Positions 59,504-64,000 of a stretch of DNA of 64,000 bases are shown here, piece by piece. The number at the start of each line of letters is the position of its first letter. Positions within the stretch are counted from its first letter, which is position 1. The position numbers were made by a program, and so were the translations under genes. Source of the stretch: Zancudomyces culisetae HAW-14-8. Taxonomy: Eukaryota; Fungi; Kickxellomycota. Below the pieces are notes generated by a model. That model was not told the DNA's origin, did not search any database, and was given only the letters and a program-made list of their open reading frames with translations. Location of the stretch: positions 2,046,001 to 2,110,000 of the forward strand of contig JBNJNM010000008.1 in NCBI GenBank assembly GCA_052426225.1, in the 5' to 3' direction.

Positions 59504-61183
59504 ATGGAAAGGTCAGTTCTGGGGTTGGGTTTTTACGTACACGACTATATTCTGAGTGTATTATTTTCAATACAGTTTGTTGACAACCTTGTGTTGTTTG
59601 CAACTGAGAGCGAATATAGACACATACTGGCAAATCTTATTTACATACCATTATTGGCATGTGATATAAAATGGTTGTTAAAATACATCGTCTCGGATCA
59701 ATGGCTACAAGAAATACTGATTTTTATTAAGAACATGTTTTTACTTTATCTGTGTTGTTACCAAATATCGGGAAAAATTCGGAAAACAGTAAAGGAACTA
59801 GCCGTGCCCTATGGTTTAAAAAAGGTAAAATGCATGGAGGCTGGTATTAACAGTAACTATTTGAAGGGGTACAAAGGCGAACGTAATGTTTATGGGAAGC
59901 ACATGAACCAAAGTCTGTGTATAGTTAATTCGGAGGAAGGAAGAAGTATTTTGATCGGCGGAAGGTTTTCATCAGAATATGTAAAGCATCCAGAGACAAT
60001 ATTCAATAAAAATCGGGCTTTTCTAAGAAACCACCACAAACACACAATATTGACCAGAGGAATGAATGTGAGCGATATTCTATACAGAAGATACTTGTTA
60101 TATTTTCTGTCATATGTTGATTTAAACGAATCGATGGAGGCAATCCAACCAACCCTGGAACAAGTAATTAGAAAAGAGATTATATCCTCTGGAAGCATGT
60201 ATAATGGAAATGAGGTTGTGGTTAACAATTTGTATGAAACAGTAAAATGTATGGTTAGATTTGCCGTAGTATTTAGATTTTTTGGCCCATACGCAATAAG
60301 AGACAGGAATTTGGTTGAAAGCTTGAAAAAAGTGACGAAACCGACCAGGCTTGGAAACGTCAATAATCAAGAGTTTTTTTCAGTACTTTTTACTGCAGGA
60401 TATTTGGGTAAAAACTACTTTTTTGAATATTTTGAACTTGAGTCGAGCTGCAGAAAATACCTTCCCGAATACAGAAAACCAACTGATATAATACAATTTT
60501 TTACAGACAATTTTAGCATTTTCCAAGTGGAGCTAACGAGCGTTGCGTATTGTATACAGAAAGCTATAGCCATTGGTGTGGAAGTGACATCAAGGCGAAT
60601 GTTTAATTTATTAGTGGAACTTAGTCTGAGGCCTCACGTCTACAAAGAGTTGCTGCAGGAGCAAAATGAGCTTATTGAAAAAAATGGTGGTAACAACCAT
60701 ATTCCATTTGAGATGTTGGACGAAATGGTGTACTTGGATGCGTTCATTAAAGAAACGATCAGGCTTTCGGGATCGGATCCATTTATGCCCCGTTGCACAA
60801 CCCAGGAAGTAGTGATGTCTAATGGCGTGACCATTTCTAAACATCAATATGTGAGTTTTAACATTCAGGCGCATAATAGGGATCCCAAAATATTTGGGCC
60901 AAATGCGAATGAATTCGACTACAAGCGACACATTCGTCTTGGTCTGAAACTAACAGATGCTTCGCTGGCTAATTTAATGTGGGGTGCTGGCAATCGGGTT
61001 TGTCTAGCAAGAATATATGCAGCTGCACTTATGAAGCTGATGTTGGCAATGATCATTAGAAAATACGAGGTGCATGCCAATTATGCTGTTAAAAAAAATA
61101 AGCATGGACAACCCGCATTCACTCACTATACATCTCTTAGCGATTTTTGCATAAACAAGGGATTGTACTTTAAGATTCGTTGA
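59504..61183 (+). CDS. Cytochrome P450 (divergent)
   Basis: YLDAFIKETIRL (ExxR), HNRDPKIFG..A.EFDYKRH and heme loop WGAGNRVCLAR. First ATG is at 59504. Confidence 0.9.
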   Translation: MERSVLGLGFYVHDYILSVLFSIQFVDNLVLFATESEYRHILANLIYIPLLACDIKWLLKYIVSDQWLQEILIFIKNMFLLYLCCYQISGKIRKTVKELAVPYGLKKVKCMEAGINSNYLKGYKGERNVYGKHMNQSLCIVNSEEGRSILIGGRFSSEYVKHPETIFNKNRAFLRNHHKHTILTRGMNVSDILYRRYLLYFLSYVDLNESMEAIQPTLEQVIRKEIISSGSMYNGNEVVVNNLYETVKCMVRFAVVFRFFGPYAIRDRNLVESLKKVTKPTRLGNVNNQEFFSVLFTAGYLGKNYFFEYFELESSCRKYLPEYRKPTDIIQFFTDNFSIFQVELTSVAYCIQKAIAIGVEVTSRRMFNLLVELSLRPHVYKELLQEQNELIEKNGGNNHIPFEMLDEMVYLDAFIKETIRLSGSDPFMPRCTTQEVVMSNGVTISKHQYVSFNIQAHNRDPKIFGPNANEFDYKRHIRLGLKLTDASLANLMWGAGNRVCLARIYAAALMKLMLAMIIRKYEVHANYAVKKNKHGQPAFTHYTSLSDFCINKGLYFKIR

Positions 61184-61417
61184 TTATGTAGTGTGTTACA
61201 TTTTTTTGTTAATTTGGTCAATAACTAACTAAATAGAGTGAAGATAACAATGTTTTTAAACGTTCCAAAAAATAAAAGCAATACATAAAAGAGAAAAGTT
61301 GAAACATAACATTAGCAATATACCCTTGATTTGGTTTTGATAATACACAGTATTACTATAGCTGAATTTGACAAAAAATACTCTTGATGTGCTTGAGGGT
61401 TTACTTTAGCTAAATAC

Positions 61418-61875
61418 TAATGTATATAGTCAAGTGAAATGAAAGCCTATTATTATTATGCGAACATCCAAATATCAATATTCTCATAAATACTCATTAT
61501 AGCCAAATCAAATTATTATCAGTAACTCAGGAATTATAAAATTGTACTTTACTGTATGTCATTTCATACATCATTTGAATAAAGATTCCTAAGTTTAACT
61601 CGTTTAATATTGTTTTATTGTTTTATTGTTTTATTGTTTTATTGTTTTATTGTTTTATTGTTTTATTGTTTTATTGTTTTATTGTTTTATTGTTTTATTG
61701 TTTTATTGTTTTATTGTTTTATTGTATTATTGTTTTATCTATTATATGGTAAGGGATTAATCGATTAAACGAGCATCTAGATAAAAATATTCAGTATATA
61801 ATAAGGATGGTACACACATAATAGTATCTGGATGTTCGCATAATAATAATTGGTTTTCATTTCATTCAACTAAAC
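61418..61875 (+). mobile_element. Solo DIRS module (half ICR + 3' ITR + 3' extension) with internal satellite
   Basis: TGAAATGAAAGCCTATTATTATTATGCGAACATCCA at the left end and its inverse GGTACACACATAATAGTATCTGGATGTTCGCATAATAATAAT..TTTTCATTTCATTCAACTAAAC at the right end. 61748-61830 aligns to the ITR. Confidence 0.82.
61608..61738. repeat. (TTTTATTG)n tandem repeat, about 16 copies
   Basis: Directly visible, near-perfect 8-mer array. Confidence 0.95.
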
Positions 61876-64000
61876 CAATGAATATTATCCTTGTCTATTT
61901 TCATTGAACAGTTCAGAATTTTTATGCAGTGTTTAATTTGTTGGTTTTATACCAGATAATTGGTTACTTGGTTAAAATGCCAAGTTCATAAAAAAATATC
62001 GGAACACATCCTTGACAATGGTAGTTACCCCCACAAATTTATGGTTGCAGTAAATGTCAGTTCAATCAGCTACCTTTACGTATTTGCACAATGTGTATAC
62101 TTTCTACTTCTAGACCATTTCGACTACTTGGGCTCGCTTAACCACTCTGTACTCCAGAAGGTATACGAAATTGGGATTTAATAATTACTACTTTCTGTTT
62201 TTTAACTTAATTACGTAAAAATACACTACAGTTTTACATTTTGTTATTATCATCTTGAAAAATATTGAAAACCTTAATTAAACCAGTAGGATTAATAACT
62301 TGATAAAATCATTGTTTTATCTTTACAATATGTTTGTGAAAATATCGAACTTGGATAGCCTACATACATATTTCAATGAGATAGCCTTATCACAAATCAA
62401 TTATCCGTATTCTAAATAATTGAAGATATTCTAAAATAATTCATTACCAAAATGATGAATATTCTTATGCTAATATCACATTTCCTATAAATTACCTTTT
62501 GGTTACTAGTTATTTGTAATAGGTGTCAAAGACCGAATAAACATATCCCACAATATTATTTTGCTGTAAAACCATTAAAGAATGTATTTTATAACCAACT
62601 TATGGTTTAATGGTAATACTATGCTGTTGATAGTTGTGTTAAATAGTGCTTTTTAGTTATTTAAAACCGTTTTCTTAAAGAGATTAACAACACAGTGTAA
62701 ATATACTTGATATTTATTTGATTGTCAGCTATTTATAGCATTAATATTTCAATCAAAATGTATATAAATGATAGGGTTACTATATAGATATGAATCAATA
62801 TTCAAACATTTTTTGGGATTTGATTTATAGCCATCGTAAAGTTTAAACAAATTCAATAATAACAACATGGTTGACTTTAGGCAAAAAGTCATTTTACTGA
62901 TTTCAGTGTTTACAGCTGGTTCAAAATTTCAAGCGTTCAAGTACCGAACAATTTGAACTGATGAAAATTCTGTCAACAGCTATAAACGGCACGGTAGATA
63001 TGAAAGCGGAAGGGGACCTACCCTAAACACTCAAATGTTAAAACATGTTTATATATAGACACGGTAGGTACAATAGTGATTTAACCAAATATCAGTTATA
63101 ATTTGCCAAGTATTAATTCATGTATCCTCGATGGTGGTGTCATGTGTAGTTGGATGTCTTACAAAACCTAAAGAAATCAAGTAATACCTTTTTATTTCAA
63201 TTGCATCAACTAATATTTTAACAAGAAAACAATCAATATTTAAAAAAACTATTATTATTAAAAAATAATCATATAATCACAGAAAGTATAAAACGGAAAA
63301 TCAAATAAAAATATGTTAGATTAAATAATATATATATATATTGTTTAATAAAAGTATAAAAAGAAAAAGGAATTGACGAAGCCACAAGTCATGGACACTG
63401 AGAAACAAAACTATGACCAAAACTGATTAAATAAAATATTAGTAACTAATGTGAATAGTTAAAATTTTCTAAGTGTAATAGAAAATAAAGAAAGAATATT
63501 TTCAAATGGAAAACATATTGGTTTTAGTTATAACTAAAAAAGATAATAGTGCTACGGCTAGTTAAGCTTATAATACTTTAAATATTAAAATCTCAATTAA
63601 TATGCCAGGTCTTATGCATAAACTGAGATTAGCGTGGATACACAGGCCAAAGATGAAGGTTGTTATTCATCAGACAGTGATCGTTCTGGAGCCACCAATA
63701 TGGAGTTGGATTCCAGAGAGTCAGGTGACCCATTTAAAGAGCTTGCTGATCAAACCTTTTTGCTAATGAAAACCCCGATAACAGGCGAGTATCAGACCGT
63801 ACTCGCTCAACAACCTGTATCTTTTTACTTTTATTTTATTTAGTATATTCACTTTGTCTATCTGTTGTTTTCACATTCAGATTAAAATATTGACATGCCT
63901 TTTATGATGATTCTGATATAGGTTGATATGAAAACACTATATCGGTGTACTCTGGTGCTGTTTTACTTGGTTTTAGGATATTTCACTTAGTATAAAATGA

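Noticed and set aside
61608-61738. Tandem array as a CRISPR or telomeric repeat
   Set aside because: No spacers, eukaryotic context, and it is embedded inside a DIRS ITR remnant.
63634-63843. Short ORF near the window end
   Set aside because: No recognisable domain and no clear start or splice structure; cannot be supported from this window.

Overview
AT-rich, intron-containing eukaryotic DNA that looks fungal. MCM9, a DIRS element, GT69 and an S1A trypsin together suggest an early-diverging, Zoopagomycota/Harpellales-like lineage (inference). The left half (1-32 kb) is mostly housekeeping: CSC1/OSCA channel, Cce1/Ydc2 resolvase, tRNA-Arg(CCG), an SRSF11-like SR protein, complex I 75-kDa subunit, epsilon-COP, Yae1, 10-exon HIS6, MRM2, a Sec7-PH Arf GEF, DNAJC8/Spf31 and an MFS transporter. 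The right half is gene-sparse and accessory: a GT69 mannosyltransferase, a small secreted acidic protein, trypsin, a broken ORF, a full-length DIRS1-type tyrosine-recombinase retrotransposon (45257-49794), truncated MCM9, a fungal transcription factor, a P450, and two solo DIRS 3'-end modules. Most notable: (1) 3 of about 21 hand-reconstructed introns have non-GT donors, including a GA-AG intron needed to keep HIS6 in frame; (2) the DIRS element uses all three frames, has a candidate -1 gag-pol slip site, and has a G-quadruplex motif between its ICR and 3' ITR; (3) MITE-like solo modules begin at the DIRS recombination core; (4) purine-to-pyrimidine strand-skew switches sit inside two long genes. 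All gene models were read by eye and no searches were run.
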